Origin: Promethearchaeum syntrophicum
GTDB taxonomy: Archaea; Asgardarchaeota; Lokiarchaeia; Sigyniarchaeales; Promethearchaeaceae
Assembly (NCBI RefSeq): GCF_008000775.2
Contig: NZ_CP042905.2
Coordinates: forward strand, 3,330,001 to 3,362,000
DNA: 32,000 nt
Direction: 5' to 3'
A program made the translations under genes and the position numbers. The notes beneath the pieces are model-generated. The model was not told where the DNA came from and did not search any database. It worked only from the letters and a program-made list of their open reading frames with translations. Of the stretch, positions 1 through 8,678 are shown in pieces. Every line of letters begins with the position of its first letter. The first letter of the stretch is position 1.

Positions 1-589
1 TGATCATTCTTTTATCAAGGTCTGAATTCATTCCCCGTACAATGCTAGATTCCACTTTTTTTTGAATTTGCATTATAGAATAATGGTTTTCATCTTTTAT
101 TGAACCAATCTGAGAAGTAAATCCTGCAATGTTAACACCGTACTGTTTTAAAATCATTTTTGCAATTGCACCTGCTGCAACTATTGGTGCAGTTAATCTA
201 CCAGAAAACCTTCCGCCCCCTTTTAAATTGATTTTAGATCCATATCTCAATCGAGCAGGATAATCTACATGAGAAGGACGGTAAATATCTTCAAATTGTA
301 AATAATCTTGGGAATGAGTGTTAATATTTGGGATGGCTATTCGTATATTTTCCCCTGTAGTAGTTTTATCTTTTACTCCATTAGTAAAATTAAATTTATC
401 TGGTTCATCTCTCGTAGACATTAAATCATTCTGACCAGGTCTTCGTCGGTCCAATTCGTATTGAATAAAATCAAAATCAAGTTTTATATTTTTTGGCACT
501 CCTTTTATTATAACTCCAATTTCCTCACTATGAGACTCTCCAAACAATTCAATCTGAAATAAACGACCAAAAATATCTCGATTTAACAT
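1..589 (-). CDS. aroC: Chorismate synthase, N-terminal part (3' end runs off the window)
   Basis: Manual reverse-strand translation from ATG at 587-589: MLNRDIFGRLFQIELFGESHSEEIGVIIKGVP...ELDRRRPGQNDLMSTRDEPDKF...YRPSHVDYPARLRYGSKINLKGGGRFSGRLTAPIVAAGAIAKMIL. Matches the chorismate synthase GESHS, RRRPGQ, RPSHxDY and GGGRxSGRxTA motifs. Absent from the ORF track because it is partial. Confidence 0.93.
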   Translation of the reverse strand, partial: MLNRDIFGRLFQIELFGESHSEEIGVIIKGVPKNIKLDFDFIQYELDRRRPGQNDLMSTRDEPDKFNFTNGVKDKTTTGENIRIAIPNINTHSQDYLQFEDIYRPSHVDYPARLRYGSKINLKGGGRFSGRLTAPIVAAGAIAKMILKQYGVNIAGFTSQIGSIKDENHYSIMQIQKKVESSIVRGMNSDLDKRMI

Positions 590-600
590 TAATTTTTCTC

Positions 601-1170
601 CTATTCTGATTTTTGGACAAATGAAAGAAGATAATTTCTAAGACTATTTACTGCTATTTGTAAATCTCCACTATTATCAATGATTATATCTGCATCGGGA
701 TAATTTTGATTTTTTTTAGCACGATTGACACGCAATTTAAACATTTCATCATTTTCTGCTTCTCTCCCTCGTGATTTAATTCGAGCTAAAGTAATTTCAA
801 AAGGGACTTTAACAAAAACTACTTTTAATTCAGGAAATAATCGGCGAGCATGCGGAATAATTGTTCGGCTAACGTTAATAATAACAATTTTTCCCTCAGA
901 AAGCCATTGTTCTACTATTTTTGGAACTCCATAATCAAGATCATATATATGCCATGTTAGTGAAAATCTATTATTATTCTTCATTTTTATAAATTCTTTT
1001 GGAGTTACTGAGAGAAAGGGCTCTGTTTTGTGAGAAGGACGTGTTATATATCTCTTTGGAACTTTGATTGGAGTAATTTCTTCAGACCAATTTGATAAAA
1101 TTGCATTTAGTATAGAGTCCTTACCGCTTCCAGAATTACCAATTAATAAAAAAAGAACCCCATTTTTCAT
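601..1170 (-). CDS. P-loop kinase, PhnN-like (ribose 1,5-bisphosphokinase / guanylate-kinase-like)
   Basis: N-terminal Walker A LIGNSGSGKDSILNAI. The GKDS form and the layout (RYITRP near residue 42, HIYDLDYGVP, VIINVSR, RIKSRGRE) resemble PhnN. Same strand and 11 nt upstream of aroC. Confidence 0.65.
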   Translation of the reverse strand: MKNGVLFLLIGNSGSGKDSILNAILSNWSEEITPIKVPKRYITRPSHKTEPFLSVTPKEFIKMKNNNRFSLTWHIYDLDYGVPKIVEQWLSEGKIVIINVSRTIIPHARRLFPELKVVFVKVPFEITLARIKSRGREAENDEMFKLRVNRAKKNQNYPDADIIIDNSGDLQIAVNSLRNYLLSFVQKSE

Positions 1171-1176
1171 TTAAAT

Positions 1177-3531
1177 TCACTTTTCTTTTGTTGTTTCTTT
1201 ATTTCCTGTAGTAATTAAATTGATAGAATCTTGCAAACCATTAGATTTAAGTAGTGAATCTCGAAAATTTTGCTGTTTAGTATAATATTTCGCAAAATAC
1301 AACATAGTCTTAGCAAACCATTTGGAACGAAAAGAACGTTTAAATTCGAATTGTTCGTCCTTATATTCTTCTGGGGGTAATTTTTGTAGTTTATAACGTT
1401 TGAAAGTGAGACCTTTATAAAATACTTTCCACATATATTGATTTAATTTACTAAGAGTTTCTGGGCGATATTTATATAATTGTTCATAGATTTCAAAATC
1501 TGATATCGGAAAAAACTCAATCCATCTATTTTCTTTCCCATCTTTCTGTTTTTCTTTTGATATTAATTTTAGATTCCAATCTTCTTTCACCAAATCAGAA
1601 ATAATTGAAGGGATTCGTTTAACGGGTATCTTAGTTGCCTTTTGAATTTCTCCTGCAAATTCAGAAATATTTATTCGGAATTCTTTGGGATAATCTATAA
1701 TTTCAGTTATTCGTTTCAAATATTCAGTACGGACCAAATTTAATACTAAATCATGCTCATCTTGCGTAATTGCTTTATGAAGGATTTGTTCCTTTTCTTC
1801 TTGACTTTTTAAGAACGAAGCTTCATCTTTTATTTTTTTTCCGTATTGAACTGAAAGTGATTGAATGAAATAAGAAGCTTGATTTTTTGAAGAAGTATAA
1901 GAACCATTTCCAAAATTCATTCTTTTTCTTTGCTTCTTTCGAATCAAAGTTGAAAATCGATCTTGCATATATTTTTTAGCCTTTAATTCATCTTCTCGTG
2001 AGTATTGATCAGTAATTGGCAGAAAATGGATGAAAGATTGTTTTGAACCATTCTCTACCTTTTCTTTTGTAAGTTGGAGATCCATATATTTTTTATCAAG
2101 TTGTTGTATCAGTTTTAGAATTGAATCTTGATGGATATTAGTGATTTTTTCAAGAGATGTATAAACTTCTCCTGAGAGTTGATACTTATCACCACGTCTG
2201 ATGAATTCTCGTTTGAGAAATTTTAATATTGTGCTCATTTTCTCTTCATCAGATTTGATACTTTGCTGGTTAATATGAAGAAACATCGACATCTCTTGTG
2301 GTTTACGCCAATAAGCGATTATTGTAATCCCTAAGAATAAAATAATTAGAATTGGTAAGACTAAATGATCATAAGTAATAAACCCCGCAAACCATCCTCC
2401 TCTTGCTAAATCTCCATCAGAAAAAATCATTCCATAACGGGCAGTAGTTTGAGCAAAGATAGTGCTGATTAAAAACATCACCAAACCATCTTTAGAAATA
2501 AATGCAATACCCGTTTGAAAAGTTTTTGATAAATCTGCAACGATCCATACAAAAAAAAGTATTGCGATTAGAAATTCAACGAAGAAAAACGCACCTCCTG
2601 AAGATGACCCACTACCTAACACTATACTGGTGCCAGCAAGAAAATTTGGGTCTAAAAAAAGATATAAAGCGACATTATATAGCGCGTAAAGAAACATTAC
2701 AAACGTAATCCATGCGAAAGTGCTACTATCGAATGCTCCTGATTTACGAGTGTCTCCTTTTTTTAAAGTCAATGCAGATTGAACTAGTATAAAAATAAAA
2801 ATAAATAGTAAACCTACGTAAATCATAGGCATTACCGTTTGCATTTCATTTCTATAAAGTTCTAATGATATATTTGGAGCATGAACTCCGATAAAATCTA
2901 ATGTCCAAAGTACGACAAAATAACGAAAAATGATTGAGATAAATGTTAAAACACCTAGAATGAAATAGGGGGTAAATCTTGCAAGAAATGTTCTAAATGG
3001 AGAGTATTGTTCAGTCCATCGCATTTCCAATTTTACAGCAAATTGTTTACTTCCAGAATATAACCGGATTGATTGAAAAAGTAACCACACCGTTGAGCCC
3101 ATTAACAGCAATGGATATTCATAACCAAAAATATCATCTAAATAAAAAATTATTGCAAAATTCATAATTTGAAGGAATATGCAAATTAATATTTGTTTTA
3201 TAGCGGTTTTCTTCCCGAAAAACCACGCCAATACTTTTTCATTAGAAAATAATAAAGCAAGATCAACAAAGGTAAAAGTTAGAGCAATTCCAAAGGAAAA
3301 AGGATCCTTAAAACACATAAAATATAAAATATTTATAAAAACTGATTCAGATTCACTAAAATTCAATAGATAAACAAATATGAAAGAATATAATGTGAAA
3401 AATATGAATAAACCTATCATTTTTTTACCGATGTAGCTAGGTTTATCTATTCTCCTCTGTTTTTTCGTTCTACCGAGCAATATTTCACGAATTGAGATCA
3501 ATTTTTGTTGAATATTTGATATGAAATCCAT
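1177..3531 (-). CDS. Multi-pass membrane protein with large cytoplasmic C-terminal region, no recognised family
   Basis: 784-aa ORF. Roughly 10-12 hydrophobic segments in residues ~35-430, then a ~350-aa charged soluble region including a possible winged-helix-like segment (EFAGEIQKATKIPVKRIPSIISDLVKEDWNLKLISKE). Confidence 0.75.
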   Translation of the reverse strand: MDFISNIQQKLISIREILLGRTKKQRRIDKPSYIGKKMIGLFIFFTLYSFIFVYLLNFSESESVFINILYFMCFKDPFSFGIALTFTFVDLALLFSNEKVLAWFFGKKTAIKQILICIFLQIMNFAIIFYLDDIFGYEYPLLLMGSTVWLLFQSIRLYSGSKQFAVKLEMRWTEQYSPFRTFLARFTPYFILGVLTFISIIFRYFVVLWTLDFIGVHAPNISLELYRNEMQTVMPMIYVGLLFIFIFILVQSALTLKKGDTRKSGAFDSSTFAWITFVMFLYALYNVALYLFLDPNFLAGTSIVLGSGSSSGGAFFFVEFLIAILFFVWIVADLSKTFQTGIAFISKDGLVMFLISTIFAQTTARYGMIFSDGDLARGGWFAGFITYDHLVLPILIILFLGITIIAYWRKPQEMSMFLHINQQSIKSDEEKMSTILKFLKREFIRRGDKYQLSGEVYTSLEKITNIHQDSILKLIQQLDKKYMDLQLTKEKVENGSKQSFIHFLPITDQYSREDELKAKKYMQDRFSTLIRKKQRKRMNFGNGSYTSSKNQASYFIQSLSVQYGKKIKDEASFLKSQEEKEQILHKAITQDEHDLVLNLVRTEYLKRITEIIDYPKEFRINISEFAGEIQKATKIPVKRIPSIISDLVKEDWNLKLISKEKQKDGKENRWIEFFPISDFEIYEQLYKYRPETLSKLNQYMWKVFYKGLTFKRYKLQKLPPEEYKDEQFEFKRSFRSKWFAKTMLYFAKYYTKQQNFRDSLLKSNGLQDSINLITTGNKETTKEK

Positions 3532-3613
3532 CGTTAAAATAAATTAAAACAACATTACTTAAAAAAAAATAATGAATATATAGAAAATATAGAAAATAAA
3601 AAATTGAATAACA

Positions 3614-4354
3614 ATGTGGGAATGTGATCGCTGTGGAAAATGTTGTATTGAATTTACTCATCAAATCAAATTTCAAAATAATGAACCTTTGTTAGAGTTA
3701 TTTAAGATATCTCCAAAATTACAACAGAATCCTTTATTAACATTATTTTTTCGCATAAAAAATAATTTTAAGCAGGTCATTGACGGAAAAGAACACTATT
3801 TTATTCCTACAAAATCTGGGCTATTACCTTTTCTAAACGAAAATGAAAAGAAATTATTTGAAAATTCAAACAATTCCGAGCTTAATAACAACGAATGCAT
3901 GTTTCTTTCTTGGAAAACTGAAAACAATAGAAAAATCTCCTTCTGTCAAATTCACCAAAATAGTCCTTTAATGTGTAAACAATACCCGTCCAGTAAAGGA
4001 GGTGTCTGTTTAAACCATCCCGAGAGATATTATACAATGGAATTTTTTAATTATCAAAAGAAGAAAATTGGATTCGCAATAGAAGTTCTTAGAAAAATTT
4101 ATGGCGATAAGGTTAAATTCCAAATTGGGTTTGAAATTATTTGTTTTTTAATGGATTTTGGAAGATTTTCATACGAAAAAGTCCGAAATTTTTTCATTAG
4201 TAATTTTCAAATATCATCTTCTGATTTTACGAGTGCAGTTCAAGAATTTGTAAAACTTTCCTTGATTTTTAATGTAAATAACGAATTGGAATCAATTTCT
4301 ATAAAGGAAACAGAACGAGTTGTGGATGATTTGATAAATAAATATGGATGGTAA
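3614..4354 (+). CDS. YkgJ-type zinc/iron-chelating Cys-cluster protein
   Basis: CDRCGKCCIEFTH near the N-terminus, then CMFL...FCQIHQNSPLMCKQYPSSKGGVC, the CxxCGxCC...C...C...SPxxCxxYP arrangement. Confidence 0.75.
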   Translation: MWECDRCGKCCIEFTHQIKFQNNEPLLELFKISPKLQQNPLLTLFFRIKNNFKQVIDGKEHYFIPTKSGLLPFLNENEKKLFENSNNSELNNNECMFLSWKTENNRKISFCQIHQNSPLMCKQYPSSKGGVCLNHPERYYTMEFFNYQKKKIGFAIEVLRKIYGDKVKFQIGFEIICFLMDFGRFSYEKVRNFFISNFQISSSDFTSAVQEFVKLSLIFNVNNELESISIKETERVVDDLINKYGW

Positions 4355-4412
4355 CAATTTCAGATGATTAGTAGGATAAAACTTTATTAGAATTATTGCT
4401 TGATTTTATTTT

Positions 4413-4694
4413 GTGAGTACTAAACCTTCCGCATCCCAAGAAACAATTCTGGAATTTGTTAAAAGAGCAATTAATTTATTGTTAGATAATCAAATCTCAG
4501 ATACATTGATTCTTTCCAGCCATAAAATCAATTCTATTCTGAAAGATAAATGCGGTGTTAATTTTAAGATTGATCGTATAGGAAGAGCTCTAAGTAAAAT
4601 AGCAAAACAACAAGAATTAAAGCGTATTTCAACCCGTATTCCTAAGTATGAACTTAAAACCTCGAGATTTAAAAGATTTCGCCTACCTGATTAA
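4413..4694 (+). CDS. Small basic protein, possible winged-helix fold, unknown function
   Basis: 93-aa ORF, GTG start; helical, basic sequence; 4-nt gap to the next ORF suggests co-transcription. Confidence 0.5.
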   Translation: MSTKPSASQETILEFVKRAINLLLDNQISDTLILSSHKINSILKDKCGVNFKIDRIGRALSKIAKQQELKRISTRIPKYELKTSRFKRFRLPD

Positions 4695-4697
4695 AAA

Positions 4698-5441
4698 ATG
4701 ACAAGTAATGAACAACGTTTTAATAACTATGTGACTGATGCAATGGCAATTTATAATCGCGCAACAGAAGCTAAATCAAGTAAAAATATTATCAGACTTG
4801 CAAATAAAACTCTGAAAACGATTGAGGAAGCAATTAATCTTGCACCAATTATAAAAGCCAAAGAAAAAATTCCTTATCTCAATGAATTTGTTACATTAAG
4901 CCATGCTCTTATTGCAGAAGCACATTACAATAATAAAGACCTCAAATCTGCTATTGAATCCTTCACAATTGCTCAAAAAACTAATAAAAACACTCTTGGA
5001 AATCAAGAAACAAATATTCGCGAGTGCTATATTCTTTCTAAATTAATGGCTATTGGAGTTCTCCAGGAAAATTGGAGAATTGCAGATAAATTTGCACAAA
5101 AGATCTATATTTCAGCTAAGAAGTTAGAAAATACTGTGAAATCCTTATTATACTTAATAAAAATTAAAGATGTATTTATTGAGAGTAAAAATTTGGATTT
5201 TATCAACAAATCTTACACCGAAATGATTAAAATTTGTAAAAAGAAGGAATTCCTTAAGGAAAATCCAAAAAAAGTGGCAGAAGTTTTTAGTGATTATGCT
5301 AAATACTTGAATCTTGTTTTGAAAAAGCAAAAAACCGCAATTAATTATTATAGTAAAGCTGTAGATATCTATGAAGGACTTAATTTAAAAAAGGAAGCTC
5401 TGATTATAACAGAGAAAATCGAAAAAATAAAAAAGAAATAA
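4698..5441 (+). CDS. TPR-like alpha-helical repeat protein
   Basis: 247 aa with repeated helix pairs such as ALIAEAHYNNKDLKSAIESFTIAQK and KTAINYYSKAVDIYEGLNLKKEALIITEKIEK, typical of TPR units. Confidence 0.6.
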   Translation: MTSNEQRFNNYVTDAMAIYNRATEAKSSKNIIRLANKTLKTIEEAINLAPIIKAKEKIPYLNEFVTLSHALIAEAHYNNKDLKSAIESFTIAQKTNKNTLGNQETNIRECYILSKLMAIGVLQENWRIADKFAQKIYISAKKLENTVKSLLYLIKIKDVFIESKNLDFINKSYTEMIKICKKKEFLKENPKKVAEVFSDYAKYLNLVLKKQKTAINYYSKAVDIYEGLNLKKEALIITEKIEKIKKK

Positions 5442-5578
5442 AAATTTCATTTTCTTCTATCTTTTTTTAAGTTATATTTTTGTCATGTTTGACTAAATTG
5501 TTATCATGGAAACATAGATTTCTCCAAATAAAATGAATATTTATAAAATAAACAGATGATATTTATATAAATAGTTAT

Positions 5579-6478
5579 TTGATTAAATATTTTAAAAAAT
5601 TTAAATGTGAAATTTTGATGGTTAAACTTAATCCAAATTTAAAAGAACGTCGAATGGGCTTTTTATTTATGTTCATTTTCTTCTTAATAGGTCTATTTTA
5701 CCTTTTCTATGATGGTTGGTTATACGAATGGGTAGAATATGGTTACTCTGGTGCAAATCAACATTGGGATTTAATAATCTTTGGGGATATGAACTATGAA
5801 ATAATAAATGGTGAATATGTATATCACACAACACATAATTTGATGCATTTCTTATATCTTTGCTATTGGACGGGAGCGGTTAATTATTTATATTTAATAA
5901 CAGGAAATAAATGGCTTAAACAAGGGTCTATTGCAACGATGGCATTTGCGATGATGGCTTTCTTTTCAACCATTAATCCATTAGAAGCAAGTAATATTTT
6001 CTCAACGGATGTATTTAAATTTCATTCATATTACCTTCAAATCGTGTTTGACATTAACCATATCTGCGGAATCATAATGGGTTTTTATATTTTCAACTCA
6101 AGTATAAAAGAGGAAGAAGAAATAAACTTTAAGATGATCACACCGTTCATTTTGGGGACATGGGTTATTTATCTAATAACAAAAGTAGTAATGACTCCTT
6201 GGCCATTTTGGGCACCAGGTAATGAATTGGGCTATTATGATACCAATCAAATAAACAATATTCCCTTTCAATTATATGGTTTCGAATATTTGCTTCTAGC
6301 TGTCCCACTTTTGTATCTAATTAATTTTCTAGTAAGATTTCTAACTCAGAAAATAAAAAACCCAAAATTAAAAGCTATAGTGCCATATGCAATTTTTGCA
6401 AGTTTCACTTTGATTTTTGTTTCAATTGATTTTATAGTTCTTCAAAATATCCCATACCAAGCATTTTTAGGAAATTAG
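5579..6478 (+). CDS. Polytopic membrane protein, unknown function
   Basis: 299-aa ORF with about 7 hydrophobic segments and several intramembrane or near-membrane His residues (HTTHNLMHF, FKFHSYY, FDINHICG). Internal ATG alternatives for the start. Confidence 0.65.
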   Translation: MIKYFKKFKCEILMVKLNPNLKERRMGFLFMFIFFLIGLFYLFYDGWLYEWVEYGYSGANQHWDLIIFGDMNYEIINGEYVYHTTHNLMHFLYLCYWTGAVNYLYLITGNKWLKQGSIATMAFAMMAFFSTINPLEASNIFSTDVFKFHSYYLQIVFDINHICGIIMGFYIFNSSIKEEEEINFKMITPFILGTWVIYLITKVVMTPWPFWAPGNELGYYDTNQINNIPFQLYGFEYLLLAVPLLYLINFLVRFLTQKIKNPKLKAIVPYAIFASFTLIFVSIDFIVLQNIPYQAFLGN

Positions 6479-6612
6479 GGAAAATTAATTATATATTTAA
6501 TGTTATTATATCTTTTTTTTTTACCTATCTTTTTAACTATGAATTTTAATTAACATTATTGAGGTTTAGAAATTATATTTTCTTTCAAAAAGAGAGAAAA
6601 GGTAATTATAGA

Positions 6613-8430
6613 ATGCAAAGAAATAACTTTTTAATAGCGATAATTTTCTTGTTTTCCATTTTCTCCATATATATACCAACTGTAAATGCAATGAGATACA
6701 TGCCTTTCATCGTTAGAATATCTGATACACCACAAAACGCAGATCCTGCAGATGCTAATGATATTGTTTCTTATAATATTTTAAATCAAGTTTATGAAGG
6801 ATTATATACCTATAATCTTTCATCCCCTAGTACAGAAGTTATCCCTCAACTAGCTTCAAAAATGGGGGAATGGAATGAAAATATGACTGAATTGACAATT
6901 GAATTGAGAGATGATGTAACGTTCCATGATGGAAGTGCCTTTAATGCTACAGTAGTTAAATGGAATTTCGATCGAATTAACTATTTTGCTGCAAATAATA
7001 TAAGTAATCCAGCAATATCGTACTTAAATAATAATGATGAATTAATTGTTAAAGAAACTGTGATTGTGAATAATACTGCAATCAAATTTATCTTAAACAG
7101 ACCATTTTCAATATGGGAACAGATTTTAGCTTTCACTGGCTCTTATATAATTAAACCGAATGATGATTTCAGAGAAAAATTCTTAAGCCTCTCAGATGAA
7201 GCCATCGGAACCGGACCATTTAAAATGGGAGAAATAACACCAGACAGCTCTACTTTGTATGGAGATCAGCATTATGGATCGGTTTATTTTAAACGGTATG
7301 AGGACTATTATAATGGACCTGCAAACATTACCGATATGGTTTACATAGTAATTAAAGATGAAGAAGTCGGATCCACTGCAATGTTGAACCACGAATTGCA
7401 CTATGGTAGAATAGTGCCCGAGCATGTAAACCAAGCTGATGAGGATCTTGAGACTACCATTGAGAGTAGAAGAACCAATATAGTGAATTTTTTAACTTTA
7501 AGCGTAAGAAACATTCCTTATGAGATACGACGGGCAATGGCTTTTGGATGGAACTATACATATTATCTCAAAGAAACGCTTATGGATGAAAATTATGAAT
7601 TGCACACTCCAATCCCTGCTGGAATGCAATATTATAATCCTAATATTGAAGGTTTACCCTATTTTAACAAAACTATCGCCCGCCAGTACATGTTAAATTG
7701 TCCTAATATTACAGCTGAAGTTACAGCAAGTAGATTGGGCATAAATAGTACAGATGCCGAATGGGAAGCCGTTACTACAAGTGAGACACCTCTTTTTGAA
7801 GCCAATTTCACTCGTTATACATCAAGTTCCAGTGAAAAAATCATGCAACAATTAGTATACGACTTTGCATACATCGGGATTAAAGTATTAGATGCTCATG
7901 CTGGCACTTGGAACGGATGGGAAGAGGAAGAACCAGTAGATCCAAAATTTATGCAAATCTCAACGGGGAGAAATATTGTAGGAATTTGGGGTATGCCAGG
8001 TTATGATTATAATGACGCTATCAGCATGATTGAACCATTATACAAAACAAATGCGACTTATAATACAGCGCAATTAAATAATAATACTCTCGATGATATA
8101 ATTTCTGAAAATTATCTATTAACTGGAGAAGCCCGTGCGGAATCATTTGATAATATCGTCTATAAAGTGATGGTCGAAAATTGCCCATCTATGTATCTTT
8201 TCCAACGTGGGGATCTAATTACCTATAACAACAAATTTGTTAGTAATATTAATGATCTCCTCAATATATTGGGCAGATGGTATTGGTATAATATTAAATA
8301 TATTCCACAAAAGGATCTTAGAATCCTTAGAGGTACTTTAGCCACTATTATAGTAGTTTTTGCAGGTTTTGTTTCTGCTTCCTTAATTCGGTACAGGATT
8401 AAAATAAAAAATCTACAGTTCACTTCGTGA
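6613..8430 (+). CDS. ABC-type (oligo)peptide/solute-binding protein, family 5, with C-terminal membrane anchor
   Basis: ORF opens at 6559, but the Met at 6613 begins a clean signal peptide (MQRNNFLIAIIFLFSIFSIYIPTVNA). DxAxPADANDIVSYNILNQVYEGLYTY, LRDDVTFHDGSAFNATVVKWNFDR and GTGPFKMGE are SBP_bac_5 hallmarks. C-terminal hydrophobic segment GTLATIIVVFAGFVSASLIRYRIKIK. Confidence 0.85.
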   Translation: MQRNNFLIAIIFLFSIFSIYIPTVNAMRYMPFIVRISDTPQNADPADANDIVSYNILNQVYEGLYTYNLSSPSTEVIPQLASKMGEWNENMTELTIELRDDVTFHDGSAFNATVVKWNFDRINYFAANNISNPAISYLNNNDELIVKETVIVNNTAIKFILNRPFSIWEQILAFTGSYIIKPNDDFREKFLSLSDEAIGTGPFKMGEITPDSSTLYGDQHYGSVYFKRYEDYYNGPANITDMVYIVIKDEEVGSTAMLNHELHYGRIVPEHVNQADEDLETTIESRRTNIVNFLTLSVRNIPYEIRRAMAFGWNYTYYLKETLMDENYELHTPIPAGMQYYNPNIEGLPYFNKTIARQYMLNCPNITAEVTASRLGINSTDAEWEAVTTSETPLFEANFTRYTSSSSEKIMQQLVYDFAYIGIKVLDAHAGTWNGWEEEEPVDPKFMQISTGRNIVGIWGMPGYDYNDAISMIEPLYKTNATYNTAQLNNNTLDDIISENYLLTGEARAESFDNIVYKVMVENCPSMYLFQRGDLITYNNKFVSNINDLLNILGRWYWYNIKYIPQKDLRILRGTLATIIVVFAGFVSASLIRYRIKIKNLQFTS

Positions 8431-8546
8431 AATTTCTTATTCTCTTTTTTTTACTCGCATCTTACAACGAAATCTCATTTTCACTTGTCTTTCTAAAGAT
8501 TATTATTTAAAGTTTGTTTAAATCATATTTTCGTAAATATCCCTCA

Positions 8547-8560
8547 TTTAAATATATAAG
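8547..8560 (+). promoter_or_regulatory. Possible archaeal TATA box upstream of dnaK
   Basis: TTTAAATATATAAG lies ~120 nt upstream of the dnaK start, in intergenic DNA. Other AT-rich candidates lie between it and the start codon. Confidence 0.25.
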
Positions 8561-8678
8561 AAAATATTGTTAACTTTTGGTTGACAAAGTTTTTATATGA
8601 AGATTATGTATATTAAGATAAGAAAAATATTTTCTATGAAAAATTTTCAAATGCTAAAAAAAAAAGAAGTGAATTAAA

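Noticed and set aside
2502-3373. Plus-strand ORFs 2502..2708 and 3179..3373 opposite the 784-aa membrane protein
   Set aside because: Short antisense frames within a long credible minus-strand CDS, low-complexity translations, no motif; treated as chance ORFs.
3485-3676. Minus-strand 63-aa ORF overlapping the starts of two divergent genes
   Set aside because: Phe/Tyr/Leu-rich translation of AT-rich intergenic DNA overlapping both flanking CDS starts; no support.
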